Below, one piece after another: positions 27,559-37,288 of a stretch of DNA of 59,884 nt. The notes beneath the pieces were generated by a model. That model did no database searches. It was not told where the DNA came from and worked only from the letters and a program-made list of their open reading frames with translations. Within the stretch, counting starts at the first letter, position 1; each line of letters opens with the position of its first letter. The stretch spans positions 1-59,884 of the forward strand of contig CAZWFJ010000001.1 of assembly GCA_964633135.1 (NCBI GenBank), in the 5' to 3' direction. The translations under genes were made by a program, and so were the position numbers. The stretch comes from an uncultured Puniceicoccaceae bacterium (GTDB taxonomy: Bacteria > Verrucomicrobiota > Verrucomicrobiia > Opitutales > Puniceicoccaceae).

Positions 27559-28362
27559 ATGAAATTTTGGTCGCTTTTTGCCTTAGTGATCGCCGCTCTT
27601 CCGCTTTTTGCCGGGGCGATTACTGAAACCCAGGAATGTTTGGAGGACTATCCGAAGGAACAGGTGCACCTCTTTCTATTGGCGGGGCAATCCAACATGG
27701 CCGGGCGCGGGAGGATCCATAAGGTCGAGACGATCGAGCACCCGCGCATTTTTGCCTGGTCTGAGGAGGGAAAATGGGTGCCAGCGCGAGATCCGCTCCA
27801 CTATGATAAAAAAGGGGCTGGCGTGGGCCCTGCGATGTCCTTTGCACTTGAGCTCGTTGAGACGAACGAATCGATCGTCATCGGTTTAATTCCTGCGGCC
27901 TGCGGCGGCTCATCGATTCAGAAATGGGTTCCCGGCGCCTATCATGATCAAACCGAAAGCCATCCCTATGATGATGCCATCGCGCGAACCAGGAACGCGA
28001 TGCAATATGGTGAGCTTAAAGGCATCCTTTGGCATCAGGGAGAATCTAACGCCCACCGTAAAGGGGCCCAAAATTATGAAGAGCGGCTTGAGGCCCTCAT
28101 TCATCGATTCCGCGCCGAACTGGATGTTGAAGAGGTTCCCTTCGTGATCGGGCAGTTGGGCCAGTTTTCCAGATGGCCCTGGCACAAATGGCGTCAGTCG
28201 GTGGATCAAGCACAGCGATCGGTGGCTGCGGAATTACCGAATGTTGCCTTTGTTTCGTCCGAGGGGCTTGGTGCCAAGGATCGGAATCATTTTAACGCTG
28301 AAGCACAGCGTGAGTTTGGTCGGCGTTATGCCGAGGGCTATAGACAGATTGTCGGGCAATAG
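27559..28362 (+). CDS. Sialate O-acetylesterase (SASA/CE6) family carbohydrate esterase
   Basis: Signal peptide; LLAGQSNMAGRG, GILWHQGES, D..HF. Confidence 0.9.
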   Translation: MKFWSLFALVIAALPLFAGAITETQECLEDYPKEQVHLFLLAGQSNMAGRGRIHKVETIEHPRIFAWSEEGKWVPARDPLHYDKKGAGVGPAMSFALELVETNESIVIGLIPAACGGSSIQKWVPGAYHDQTESHPYDDAIARTRNAMQYGELKGILWHQGESNAHRKGAQNYEERLEALIHRFRAELDVEEVPFVIGQLGQFSRWPWHKWRQSVDQAQRSVAAELPNVAFVSSEGLGAKDRNHFNAEAQREFGRRYAEGYRQIVGQ

Positions 28363-28712
28363 CTGAGGTATAATACCGCTTTACACCTGGCGCTGCATAT
28401 CAGTTACGATGTAGCTTCCCCGGGAAGAAGGCATGGACGGGGTCGGCGCGAAGCGGCTCGTGATCGATTCAGGGTATATCATTGGCCCATGGCCGAATCA
28501 GATCTCTGGAAAAACTTCCGACTTCCCGATTCCGCCGGAATTCGCGTTGGCACATTGTACGGGAAAGCCAAATCATCTTCCGGAATTTACCCCGAAACAC
28601 CCATCGAGATCAGGAATTCCGGAAGGCAAAGAGCGTCTTGACCTCGGTTCCGTCGTCCTTTGCGAATGAAGGACAGCCCGATCCCTTTCGTTTGTTTTTG
28701 AGAAAAGCCCAG

Positions 28713-30188
28713 TTGCCGACCCGTTTCCCCCGCCTGCGATTGCGGGGACTCTCGCTTCCGTTCTATTGGATTGTCTTCCTGTTCGGTCCGGTTGCGCTGC
28801 TACTCGCATTGATTGGGTGGGGTGTCTGGAAGGGCGTCGGAACGACCTTCCGGGAGCGGATGCAGGAGGACGTGGAGCTCATCGCCCGTTCGATCCAGCG
28901 CCCGATCACCTATTCGCTGGAGCGCGGGCGGCCGGGAAGCGTCGTCGATACCCTGAAAGCCGCTTTTGTTTTCGACCGGCTGTACGGTGCGTTTCTGTAC
29001 GACACCCAGGGGAATCTCCTCGCGAAGGCCGGGGAAGGTTCTCCGGCTCCGGGGAGGATTGCCCGGTCTCCGGAAATCGCCCTGCGGGATGATTCGGGGG
29101 GAGGCTACGATTTGGCATTGGGAGACGAGGAGACGTTCTCGTTTTTTGTCCCGCTGCGGGCGGCGGACGGCCAACGGATCGGGTTGTTGCAGGTAACCCG
29201 CAGCGAGGAGGAAATGCGGGCGGCCCTTGCGGCAATCCGGGAAAGACTTCTTCTCGGGTATGTAGCCGTGTGCGTTTTTCTGATCGTGCTTCTGGCACTT
29301 GTGCATGAAACTTTCTTTGCCCGACCATTGAGGAGACTTCAGGCCACGATCCTGCGAATCGAGAGCGGGTCGGATTGGGACCGGGCCCCGGCACTGGGTC
29401 CCCGGGAATGGACGGAACTCTCCAGGGGTTTCAATCGGATGCTCGACGCGATCGAAGCCAGGGAGCGGGAGATCTCCCGGAAGGAGATGGAAGGCCGGGA
29501 GTTGCGGAGACGGTTGGATGAAGCGGAAAAACTGGCGACATTGGGCGAGATGGCGGCATCGATCGGACACGAGATCGGTACGCCCTTGTCGACGATGGAC
29601 GGGATCGCCCAGCGCGCGCTGCGTCAAACCGATGAAGACCCCGCCCGCAACCACTTTCAGACGATCCGGGAACAGATTCGGCGTATCGAGAATTTTGTCC
29701 GTCACCTCCTCACTCTCGGCCGCAGCGAGGGAGGGCCGTCGACGGGTGATCTGGTCGAGGCCGCACGGCTGGGCGTGCTCGATCTTGACGACGATCGACA
29801 ACGGGCGGCTGTTTCGCTGGAAGTGCCTCCCCAACCGGATTCGGTTCGGGTGGGCTCCGACCCGCTTCGACTGCGGATCGCCTTTCGCAATCTTTTGGAG
29901 AACGCATTGCGATCGCGGGCCGGCACCCGGGTACGGATCGTGATCGGGCGGGCGGATGGCGACGCAGTCTGCCGGATCGAAGATGACGGTCCCGGTGTAC
30001 CTCCCGAATTGCAGCAGCGGATCTTCGAGCCTTTCGTCTCGGGGCGGGCGGACGGCACCGGGGTCGGGTTGAGCCTGGTTTCGCGCATCGTCGAAGAGGC
30101 CGGAGGTCAAATCTCCCTCGACAGCTCGCCGGAGAGCGGTTCCCGTTTTACCCTTCGTTTTCCACTGGCCCCGCTCGAATTGAAATGA
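28713..30188 (+). CDS. Membrane sensor histidine kinase (HAMP-HisKA-HATPase); start uncertain
   Basis: Two TM segments, EKLATLGEMAASIGHEIGTPL, NLLENA, DDGPG, FEPF, GTGVGL. Confidence 0.9.
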   Translation: MPTRFPRLRLRGLSLPFYWIVFLFGPVALLLALIGWGVWKGVGTTFRERMQEDVELIARSIQRPITYSLERGRPGSVVDTLKAAFVFDRLYGAFLYDTQGNLLAKAGEGSPAPGRIARSPEIALRDDSGGGYDLALGDEETFSFFVPLRAADGQRIGLLQVTRSEEEMRAALAAIRERLLLGYVAVCVFLIVLLALVHETFFARPLRRLQATILRIESGSDWDRAPALGPREWTELSRGFNRMLDAIEAREREISRKEMEGRELRRRLDEAEKLATLGEMAASIGHEIGTPLSTMDGIAQRALRQTDEDPARNHFQTIREQIRRIENFVRHLLTLGRSEGGPSTGDLVEAARLGVLDLDDDRQRAAVSLEVPPQPDSVRVGSDPLRLRIAFRNLLENALRSRAGTRVRIVIGRADGDAVCRIEDDGPGVPPELQQRIFEPFVSGRADGTGVGLSLVSRIVEEAGGQISLDSSPESGSRFTLRFPLAPLELK

Positions 30189-31588
30189 ATCAGAGGATTT
30201 CCACTCCATCCGCCGCCCGTCTGCTCGTAGTCGAGGATGACGCGTCTTTTCGGAATCTCCTCCATGTCGAGCTGGAGGAAAAGGGATTTGAATCCCTGAC
30301 CGCCGGAGACCTGCGGGAGGCCCGAAAGTTGCTGGCCGCGACTCCCGGTGGAATCGATCTGATCCTTTCGGACCTTCGGCTCCCCGACGGTTCGGGGAGG
30401 GAACTCCTTGAGGAGACCAGGCAACTTTCCTCCGCCCCGAATTTCATTGCTCTGACCGCCTTTGGAACCATCCGGCAGGCGGTCGAACTCCTCAAAGAGG
30501 GAGCCGACGACTTCCTCACCAAACCACTCGATTTCGATCAACTGGGAATCGTCGTGGCGAGGGTCATCGAACTCAGGCGGTTGCGGACGGAGCTGAGCCG
30601 CTTGCGGGAGAGGGATGAAATCGGAGGATTTCACGGTATTTTAGGAGACAGTCCGGCCATCCGTGAATTGATCCATTTCGTCCGGAGGGTGGCTCCGACG
30701 GATGAATCGGTCCTGATCCTGGGCGAGAGCGGCACCGGCAAAGAGTTGGTGGCCCGAGCCATCCACGCCGAGAGCGAACGGGCGAACCAATCCTTTGTGC
30801 CGCTCAACTGCGCGGCGATTCCCGGCGAGCTCATTGAGAGTGAACTCTTCGGCCACGAGGCAGGTGCTTTTACCGGTGCGAAAAACGCCAAGCCGGGCCT
30901 TTTTGCCACTGCCTCCGGAGGAACCCTCTTTTTGGACGAAATAGGAGAGATGCCGATCCAGCTCCAGGCGAAGCTTCTTCGCGTTCTCCAGGAGGGCACG
31001 ATCCGAAGAATCGGCGCCCGGAGCGAGACCTCGGTGGATGCGCGCATTGTCGCCGCCTCCCACCGGGATTTGAGGGAAGAGGTCCGTCGTGGGAACTTCC
31101 GCGAGGATCTATTCTATCGACTGGAGGCACTGACCTTGACCGTGCCGCCCCTGCGCGAACGCACCGGAGACATCGAAATCATCGCCCTGAGCCTCTTGGA
31201 GCGGCTCGCGCGATCGATGGGACGCAAGGTCAAGGGGTTTGATCCCAGGACCTTGGAGGCTCTGCGGAAGCATCCCCTTCCGGGAAACGTCCGCGAGCTC
31301 GGGAATCTTATCAGAAAAATGCTGGTTTTCGCCGAAGAGCAATCCGTGATCGGCCCCGAACTGCTGCCGGAGGGTTTGCGGCCAACGCAACCATCGCGGA
31401 ATGATGTGGACGATGTGGATTCGTTTTGCCTGCGGGGGGAAATTCTTCCGATGGATGAGGTTCGGCGGCTTTATCTCCTCCACGCGCTGCAGAGGCTGGG
31501 TGGGAACAAGAAATTGACGGCGGAAAAACTCGGCATCGGACGGCGCACCCTGTACGACCTGCTTCCGCAGTCGAAGGAAGAGCCGTAA
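30185..31588 (+). CDS. Sigma54-dependent NtrC-family response regulator
   Basis: Receiver (VEDD, DLRLPD, KP), GESGTGKE, GAFTGA, Fis-type HTH. Confidence 0.95.
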   Translation: MNQRISTPSAARLLVVEDDASFRNLLHVELEEKGFESLTAGDLREARKLLAATPGGIDLILSDLRLPDGSGRELLEETRQLSSAPNFIALTAFGTIRQAVELLKEGADDFLTKPLDFDQLGIVVARVIELRRLRTELSRLRERDEIGGFHGILGDSPAIRELIHFVRRVAPTDESVLILGESGTGKELVARAIHAESERANQSFVPLNCAAIPGELIESELFGHEAGAFTGAKNAKPGLFATASGGTLFLDEIGEMPIQLQAKLLRVLQEGTIRRIGARSETSVDARIVAASHRDLREEVRRGNFREDLFYRLEALTLTVPPLRERTGDIEIIALSLLERLARSMGRKVKGFDPRTLEALRKHPLPGNVRELGNLIRKMLVFAEEQSVIGPELLPEGLRPTQPSRNDVDDVDSFCLRGEILPMDEVRRLYLLHALQRLGGNKKLTAEKLGIGRRTLYDLLPQSKEEP

Positions 31589-31749
31589 TACGACTCCGCT
31601 TTACCTCTGGCATTTGGGCCGGAGACACATGAGCGGATACCGCGCATGTGCGGCCTATGCTCGGAACCGCCCCGCGAACTTTGGCCGAAAGTTGAGTATC
31701 TAATTTTTTATCCATTTGTAAATTAGTAGGTTATGAAAATTTAAAAAGA

Positions 31750-31765
31750 TTGGCATCCGACATGT
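31750..31765 (+). promoter_or_regulatory. Probable sigma54 promoter (TTGGCA-N7-TGT variant), with upstream palindrome CCGCGCATGTGCGG at about 31640-31653
   Basis: GG-N10-GT spacing just upstream of 31780, immediately after an NtrC-type gene. Confidence 0.5.
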
Positions 31766-31779
31766 TTTAAGGGTCCACG

Positions 31780-32430
31780 ATGAAAACAAAAAACAACAGC
31801 AAACGAATCCCCCTGGGATTGAAACCTTCTCTTGGAATCGCCGCATTGGCCGCCGTGTTTCTGAGTCCGGCACACTTGCTGGGACAGGCCGGGAATTATC
31901 CCCAGCCCTCGACACCGCAGTCGCAAGGCCAGACCGAGAACACCGATTCGCGTCAAATCCAGCAGAGATTGGCCCAAGTTCAGCAGGAGCTGCAGAAGAT
32001 CAACGGCGAAGTCAACTCGGTGAGGATGCAAGCGGTGTCTCAGCCGGAGATTGCGGAGGCACTGGTCAATTACAACGATACGTTGACCGAGGTGATGGTA
32101 GAGAATGCGCCCGACCAGTCCGAGGCGATTGAAAAACGCAGCGACCTATTCGAAGAAATCGTCGCGGTTCGAGAGTCCGGCGGGCCCGACGGAGCAGACC
32201 CGCAGAGGGTTCAAGAAATGAACCAGGAGTTTCTCCGTCTGAACCAGGAGCTTCAGCCCCAACTGAACGCAGCCGAACAAACCGAGGAAGTCGTGGAAGC
32301 CCGAACCGATTACTCCGAGAAGCTGACCGAAGCGATGCTTTCGATCGACCCGGATCTGCAAGATAAAACCAACCGGCGCAATGAGTTAATGCGGGAATTC
32401 CAGGCGCTGCAGCAACAGATTCAAGGCTAG
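31780..32430 (+). CDS. Exported Gln/Glu-rich helical protein
   Basis: Signal peptide; coiled-coil-like Q/E/L pattern. Confidence 0.8.
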   Translation: MKTKNNSKRIPLGLKPSLGIAALAAVFLSPAHLLGQAGNYPQPSTPQSQGQTENTDSRQIQQRLAQVQQELQKINGEVNSVRMQAVSQPEIAEALVNYNDTLTEVMVENAPDQSEAIEKRSDLFEEIVAVRESGGPDGADPQRVQEMNQEFLRLNQELQPQLNAAEQTEEVVEARTDYSEKLTEAMLSIDPDLQDKTNRRNELMREFQALQQQIQG

Positions 32431-32532
32431 TTGCCAGCCACTCAACTAGGCCTTGCCTACCAACGGGAGGAGTAGCACCAATGTGCTGCTCCTCCCTTTT
32501 TTGAGTCCAATCGAAACTCCGAGCGCCAAATC

Positions 32533-33096
32533 TTACGAGGAACCGCCCTTCGACCAGGCCCGTGGCTGGAAGGCCTCGTCCAGGGGCGTGTCGGCCAGGT
32601 GGTTCGTAAAGTTGCTGAGCGTCTTCAGGGCCAGGATCGTCAGGACATCCAGAACGGCCCGTTTGCCGAAGCCGGCGTCGAGAAAGGCCCGTTGTTCCTC
32701 TTCGGGAATCCATCCGCGGTGTTCGAGAGCGGCGCGGACGAAGCGGATGAGAGCCTTCGTCTCGGGATCCGCCGGGTCCCGCCCGTCGCGGATGGCATCG
32801 ACGATGTCCTCGGACACACCGGCCATCTTCTCGGCGACCACGCTGTGCGCGGCCATGCAGTATCCGCAGCCGTTTTCTTCGCTGATGGCCAGCATCACGA
32901 CCTGCCGCTGTTTGGCGTCCAACTCGGCGTCTTCATCGAGAAGATCGCTGAGCATGGCATAGGCCTTCAGGGCGGCGGGAGATTCGGCGAGGACGCCGAA
33001 CAGGTTCAGAGCGAAGCCGTATTTTTTCTCCGCCTTCTCCAAGACGGGCTTCGATGCCTCTGGGGCGGTGTTTTGGTCGTGTATTTGGAAATTCAT
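32533..33096 (-). CDS. Carboxymuconolactone decarboxylase / AhpD-like peroxidase
   Basis: LAESPAAL, SEENGCGYCMAAHS, KTLSNFTNH..TPLD. Confidence 0.9.
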   Translation of the reverse strand: MNFQIHDQNTAPEASKPVLEKAEKKYGFALNLFGVLAESPAALKAYAMLSDLLDEDAELDAKQRQVVMLAISEENGCGYCMAAHSVVAEKMAGVSEDIVDAIRDGRDPADPETKALIRFVRAALEHRGWIPEEEQRAFLDAGFGKRAVLDVLTILALKTLSNFTNHLADTPLDEAFQPRAWSKGGSS

Positions 33097-33145
33097 GAGT
33101 TTTGATTTTTGGTTGTCTGGGTTTGGAGAGAGTCGACGAGCTTGT

Positions 33146-33257
33146 TCAGGCCTCGTTCAGCAGTTCTTGCAGGTGCTCGGCATAGGCCTCGGCACCGCCG
33201 GGACGGTAGCCGGTTTGGGCGATGATTTCACCGTCGGGAGAAGGTTGGAATGTTCAT
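33146..33257 (-). pseudogene. Hollowed thioredoxin-family gene
   Basis: MNIPTF start joined out of frame to SPDGEIIAQTGYRPGGAEAYAEHLQELL*. Confidence 0.65.
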
Positions 33258-33357
33258 AGGACGGTAGGACGGTGGAGTGGGGGACTTATTCCAGAATTTT
33301 TCCAGAGGGTACTCTGGGACGGTCCGCAGAGGAACCGCGCAGGAGATGTCCCCAATG

Positions 33358-33520
33358 CTAATGATTGGCAATGCACTGCAGGCGCTGGAACTCCTTGATC
33401 AGGTAGAGATTGAACTCGACCGACACCCAGGAGGCGAACTCGAAGGCAATATCCCGGTGAGCGTAGGTGCCTCCGTAGCGACCGGCCTTGGCCATCACAA
33501 CTGCGATTGCGTGATCGATG
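33358..33520 (-). pseudogene. KilA-N domain fragment
   Basis: KAGRYGGTYAHRDIAFEFASWVSVEFNLYLIKEFQRL. Confidence 0.85.
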
Positions 33521-33532
33521 CCAGGCCGAAGG

Positions 33533-33955
33533 CTAAATGAAGCCTTGTTCCCGTTGTTCCATAATCCACTCACCGGGAGTTCTAATATCGATGCCATAAA
33601 ATTGTGTGCCCAACCGATCATGGAAGTCCACTCGATCCAAGGTCAGCAGGGCAGAGGGTTTCACTGAAAGGGCACTGATCAACACCGGACGATCCTTGGC
33701 CTTATCGAATATAACAATGTCATCGGTGGTTAATGCGTTCAGTTGCCAATCGATGCGTCTGTCCAATGTTGCACGGAAATAGGCTTCTGCGGATTCTCCC
33801 AGCTTGCCGAGGTTGCGCAGAGTTTCTTCACGGCAGTAATCGGCGCTAGCCAACTTCCAGGCCTGAGTTCCCGCTTCTTCGATGATAAATCGACTTGCAC
33901 CCTTGGCCGAGCCACACGCAGAAAGCAATACGCTCGTATCGAGAAACAACTTCAC
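33533..33955 (-). CDS. PIN domain toxin
   Basis: MKLFLDTSVLLSA, KDRPVLISA, LLTLD..DF. Confidence 0.88.
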   Translation of the reverse strand: MKLFLDTSVLLSACGSAKGASRFIIEEAGTQAWKLASADYCREETLRNLGKLGESAEAYFRATLDRRIDWQLNALTTDDIVIFDKAKDRPVLISALSVKPSALLTLDRVDFHDRLGTQFYGIDIRTPGEWIMEQREQGFI

Positions 33956-34200
33956 GAACGACGCTTACGGGTTTTCGTAAAGGCTGCCATCTCCGCTTCA
34001 TCCTTTTGGATCCAGCCACGTAAGGTGGCTTTCGGAATGTCACGCACAGGGACCGCCGCCGCTGGTTCCAAGTAGAGCTTCCCATCCCGCTCCTCGACAA
34101 GAAGCATTGGATTCTCCAATTGATCCACGCCCAAGCGCTTCCGTATTTCAGGAGGAATGGTGAAGGTGCCGCGTTTACTGATTGGAACTGCAATAGCCAT
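33952..34200 (-). CDS. AbrB/MazE family antitoxin
   Basis: ISKRGTFTIPPEIRKRLG; overlaps toxin start. Confidence 0.88.
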   Translation of the reverse strand: MAIAVPISKRGTFTIPPEIRKRLGVDQLENPMLLVEERDGKLYLEPAAAVPVRDIPKATLRGWIQKDEAEMAAFTKTRKRRS

Positions 34201-34235
34201 ACCGCAATGCTGCATCGCCGCATTGCAGAAGTCAA
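34201..34235 (-). promoter_or_regulatory. TA promoter TTGACT-17-CAGCAT overlapped by inverted repeat GCAATGC-N9-GCATTGC
   Basis: -10 lies 6 nt before ATG; palindrome typical of TA autoregulation. Confidence 0.65.
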
Positions 34236-34359
34236 ACCATCGTCGTCCCCCCCAGGAGCTTGGGAAAGTCGACACCTCTGCCGGAGAAAACCCGCCCAGC
34301 CGACACGGGGCGACCCCGCATCGGTGCGGAAATCGTCCGCCGCCGGGAGGGTCCCTTCC

Positions 34360-34763
34360 TCACTCGTTGGAATGGTACAGCGAGACATCAATCTCCACCT
34401 CGCCGGCGAATTCCGCTTCGTATTTGGCAAAGGAGTCCGTCGAGGAGACCTCTTTCCAGGAGCCGACTTCAGTGAGGCGAACCTTGATGTGGGGATGGTT
34501 TTCGGCATCGAGCCAGTCGCCGCCGTGCAGGTGTTCGTCGCGGAGTGGAATCCCCGTCTTCAGGGAAGCGACGGGCACCCACCACTCTCCGCCGACGACA
34601 TTGCCGTCGGCATCGACCACGGTGAAGCCGCTCACGGCATCGCTTTGGCCCTTGATGTCTTCGAGGGGAGGGTCGGATTCGATGCATTCGGCATGGAGCA
34701 GCCTGCAGCAAAAAGGACCAGGCTTGCCGCCAGGCCAGTGGAGAGGAGTCTTTGTTTTTTCAT
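34360..34763 (-). pseudogene. YceI-family lipoprotein pseudogene, copy 2
   Basis: Same start as copy 1; PLEDIKG, VPVASLKTGIPLRDEHL..DWLDA; frameshift and 183-bp deletion. Confidence 0.85.
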
Positions 34764-35235
34764 TTTTTCCGTTTGGAGTTATGGGTTCGGCTTTTGCAGG
34801 AATCCAGGAGCAGATGAACTCTGGTTCTTCTTCCCTGTTGGATTCGAGGTTTTGAGGTTTGTTCGGTCCACGGAACGAGGAAACGTCTCGCTTATTCCCT
34901 CAAAATCCTATTTTTGATCATTGGGCGGCTCCGCCATTCCCAGGTCTGTCTCAAGCCATGCCCCCCAGTGGGGTGGGTTGCTCTCGACCTCCATAGTCCG
35001 ACCTGTCCTCCGTAGCTCGGAGAGCTTAGGGGAAGGGCGGCGGAGGTTCAGCACACCACCTGAGCCGGCTTCAGGATTTCCGGGCGGCCAATCGGCCAGA
35101 CCGGAAATATTTTTCAGTCGCCCGGTATTCGATTGCCTTTCCCGCTTGCCTCATGGGATAGTAACGGTTTTTCCAGAAGAGATGGCTGAGCAATTGAGCG
35201 AAAGAAAACATTGTCCGGGAGACCGGGACTAATTC

Positions 35236-37152
35236 ATGAGCGACTCGATCAAGCACGAATGTGGGCTGGCGGTTGTTCGCCTGCGCAAACCCCTGGAGTA
35301 TTACGCCGAGAAATACGGGACCCCACTGTGGGGATTTTACCGCCTTTTTCTTTTGATGGAGAAGCAGCACAACCGCGGGCAGGACGGTGCCGGGGTGGGT
35401 GCGGTCAAGCTCGGGATGGAAGCCGGTTCTCCCTACGTCTTCCGGGCACGCAGCATCAAGCCAAACTCGCTCGACCGCATCTTTCGCAGCTTGATGCGGG
35501 AGTACGACTCCCGAGTAAAATCCGGCGACATCCACCCGGAGTTTGTCCAAACGGTGAAGAACAATTTCGATTTTGCGGCGGAACTCCTGCTCGGGCATCT
35601 TCGGTACGGGACATCGGGGGGATACAGCCAGAAGTCCTGTCATCCCTACTTCCGCAAGAGCAACTGGCCAATGAGGAACCTCCTTCTCGCCGGGAATTTC
35701 AATATGACCAACACCAGCGATCTGAACGAGCGGCTGATCGCCCGGGGGCAGCATCCGGTCTTCGATACCGATACGCAGACGATTCTGGAGGAAGTGGGTT
35801 ACCACCTGGATGAGGAGCACAATCGGCTCTACCGCCATTTTCGGGATGACGAGGGCCTGGGCGGGTTGGAGAACAGCCAGAAAATCTCCCGCTCTCTCGA
35901 CCCGGCCCGTGTTCTGCGCGAAGCAGGGCAGAACTGGGATGGTGGCTACTCCATAGCCGGACTGATCGGCAACGGGGACCTGTTTGTAGTCCGCGACCCA
36001 TGGGGCATACGCCCCCTCTACGCATTGGTCGATGACGAAGTGATTGCCTACGCCTCCGAACGGGCACCGCTGATGACGGTTTTCCAGAAAACCGCCGAAG
36101 AGGTCCGGCAGGTCGAACCGGGGACGGTCGAAGTGGTCAAATTCGACGGAGTCCACTCCGTGGAGCGCGTGCGCGAGCAGAAACCGGTATCGCCGTGCTC
36201 GTTCGAGCGTATTTATTTTTCGCGGGGAAATGACATCGGGATCTACGAAGAGCGCAAGAAGCTCGGGGCGGCACTGGTACCAAAGATCCTCGAAGCGATC
36301 GACAACGATTTGGAGAGAACCGTTTTCAGCTACATCCCGAACACCTCGGAGGTCGCCTATTATGGCCTGATGCAGGGTCTTCGCCGCCACCGCAGGGCGG
36401 AGGTGAAAGCCGCGATCGTCGAGCGCCTGCGTGCGGGCACTCTGACGGAGGACTGCCTCGACGAATTGATCACCGCCAACTGGCCCCGTTCCGAAAAGGT
36501 GGCAAACAAGGACATCAAGCTGCGGACCTTCATCAGCCAGGAGAAAGGCAGGGGTGAGATGGTCTCCCATGTTTACGACATTAGCTACGGCTCCATCAAC
36601 GTCGGGGAAACCCTGGTCTGCCTTGACGATTCGATCGTGCGGGGCACCACGCTGAAGCACTCGATCATCAAGATCCTCTCACGACTCAAACCGTCACGGA
36701 TTTTAATCGTCTCGACGGCCCCCCAGATTCGTTACCCCGACTGTTACGGGATCGACATGTCGGAGCTGGGCAACTTCATTGCCTTCCAGGCGATGGTCGA
36801 ACTGCTGCGAGAGACGGGGAAAACCGACCTTCTCGAGGAGGTCTATCGGGCCTGCGTCGAGCAACGGAACGGCGATCCGGATAAGATGAAGAACCACGTC
36901 AAGACCCTTTACGATTGCTTCTCGGATGAACAAATCGCCGCGAAGATCTCCCTGCTAGCCACCCCGGAAATCCCGGAATGGGAGGGCGAGGTGCGGATCA
37001 TTTTCCAAACGATTGAGAGCCTGCACCAGGCCCTTCCCGACCATCGGGGCGACTGGTACTTTACCGGCAACTTTCCGACTCCCGGCGGCTACCGCGCTCT
37101 GAACCGGGCCTATATCAATTTCTTCGAGAAGCGAACCGGGCGAAGTTACTGA
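35236..37152 (+). CDS. purF: Amidophosphoribosyltransferase (long type)
   Basis: HECG, QHNRGQDGAG, GHLRY, CSFERIYFSR, LDDSIVRGTT. Confidence 0.93.
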   Translation: MSDSIKHECGLAVVRLRKPLEYYAEKYGTPLWGFYRLFLLMEKQHNRGQDGAGVGAVKLGMEAGSPYVFRARSIKPNSLDRIFRSLMREYDSRVKSGDIHPEFVQTVKNNFDFAAELLLGHLRYGTSGGYSQKSCHPYFRKSNWPMRNLLLAGNFNMTNTSDLNERLIARGQHPVFDTDTQTILEEVGYHLDEEHNRLYRHFRDDEGLGGLENSQKISRSLDPARVLREAGQNWDGGYSIAGLIGNGDLFVVRDPWGIRPLYALVDDEVIAYASERAPLMTVFQKTAEEVRQVEPGTVEVVKFDGVHSVERVREQKPVSPCSFERIYFSRGNDIGIYEERKKLGAALVPKILEAIDNDLERTVFSYIPNTSEVAYYGLMQGLRRHRRAEVKAAIVERLRAGTLTEDCLDELITANWPRSEKVANKDIKLRTFISQEKGRGEMVSHVYDISYGSINVGETLVCLDDSIVRGTTLKHSIIKILSRLKPSRILIVSTAPQIRYPDCYGIDMSELGNFIAFQAMVELLRETGKTDLLEEVYRACVEQRNGDPDKMKNHVKTLYDCFSDEQIAAKISLLATPEIPEWEGEVRIIFQTIESLHQALPDHRGDWYFTGNFPTPGGYRALNRAYINFFEKRTGRSY

Positions 37153-37171
37153 CGCTTTCGCTTCTTAGCGA

Positions 37172-37222
37172 GCGGCAAGATGCCGCTTCTGCCTTGCAGA
37201 AACCCCGCATAAAAAATTGCAC
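37172..37222. repeat. REP-like repeat GCGGCAAGATGCCGCTTC...GCAGAAACCCCGCA(T/C)AAAAAATTGCAC
   Basis: Second copy at about 43184-43234. Confidence 0.75.
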
Positions 37223-37288
37223 CCTTCTTCGCCAAAAGCGAATTTTGGGATTTGCGAAATTAGCCGTAGATCACTAGCGAAGAGTCCT

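Noticed and set aside
33358..33520. Prophage suggested by KilA-N
   Set aside because: Only a fragment; no structural, integrase or replication phage genes nearby
11444..34235. Integron cassette array
   Set aside because: No integrase, no recurring attC-like RYYYAAC...GTTRRRY boundaries seen, and genes lie in both orientations
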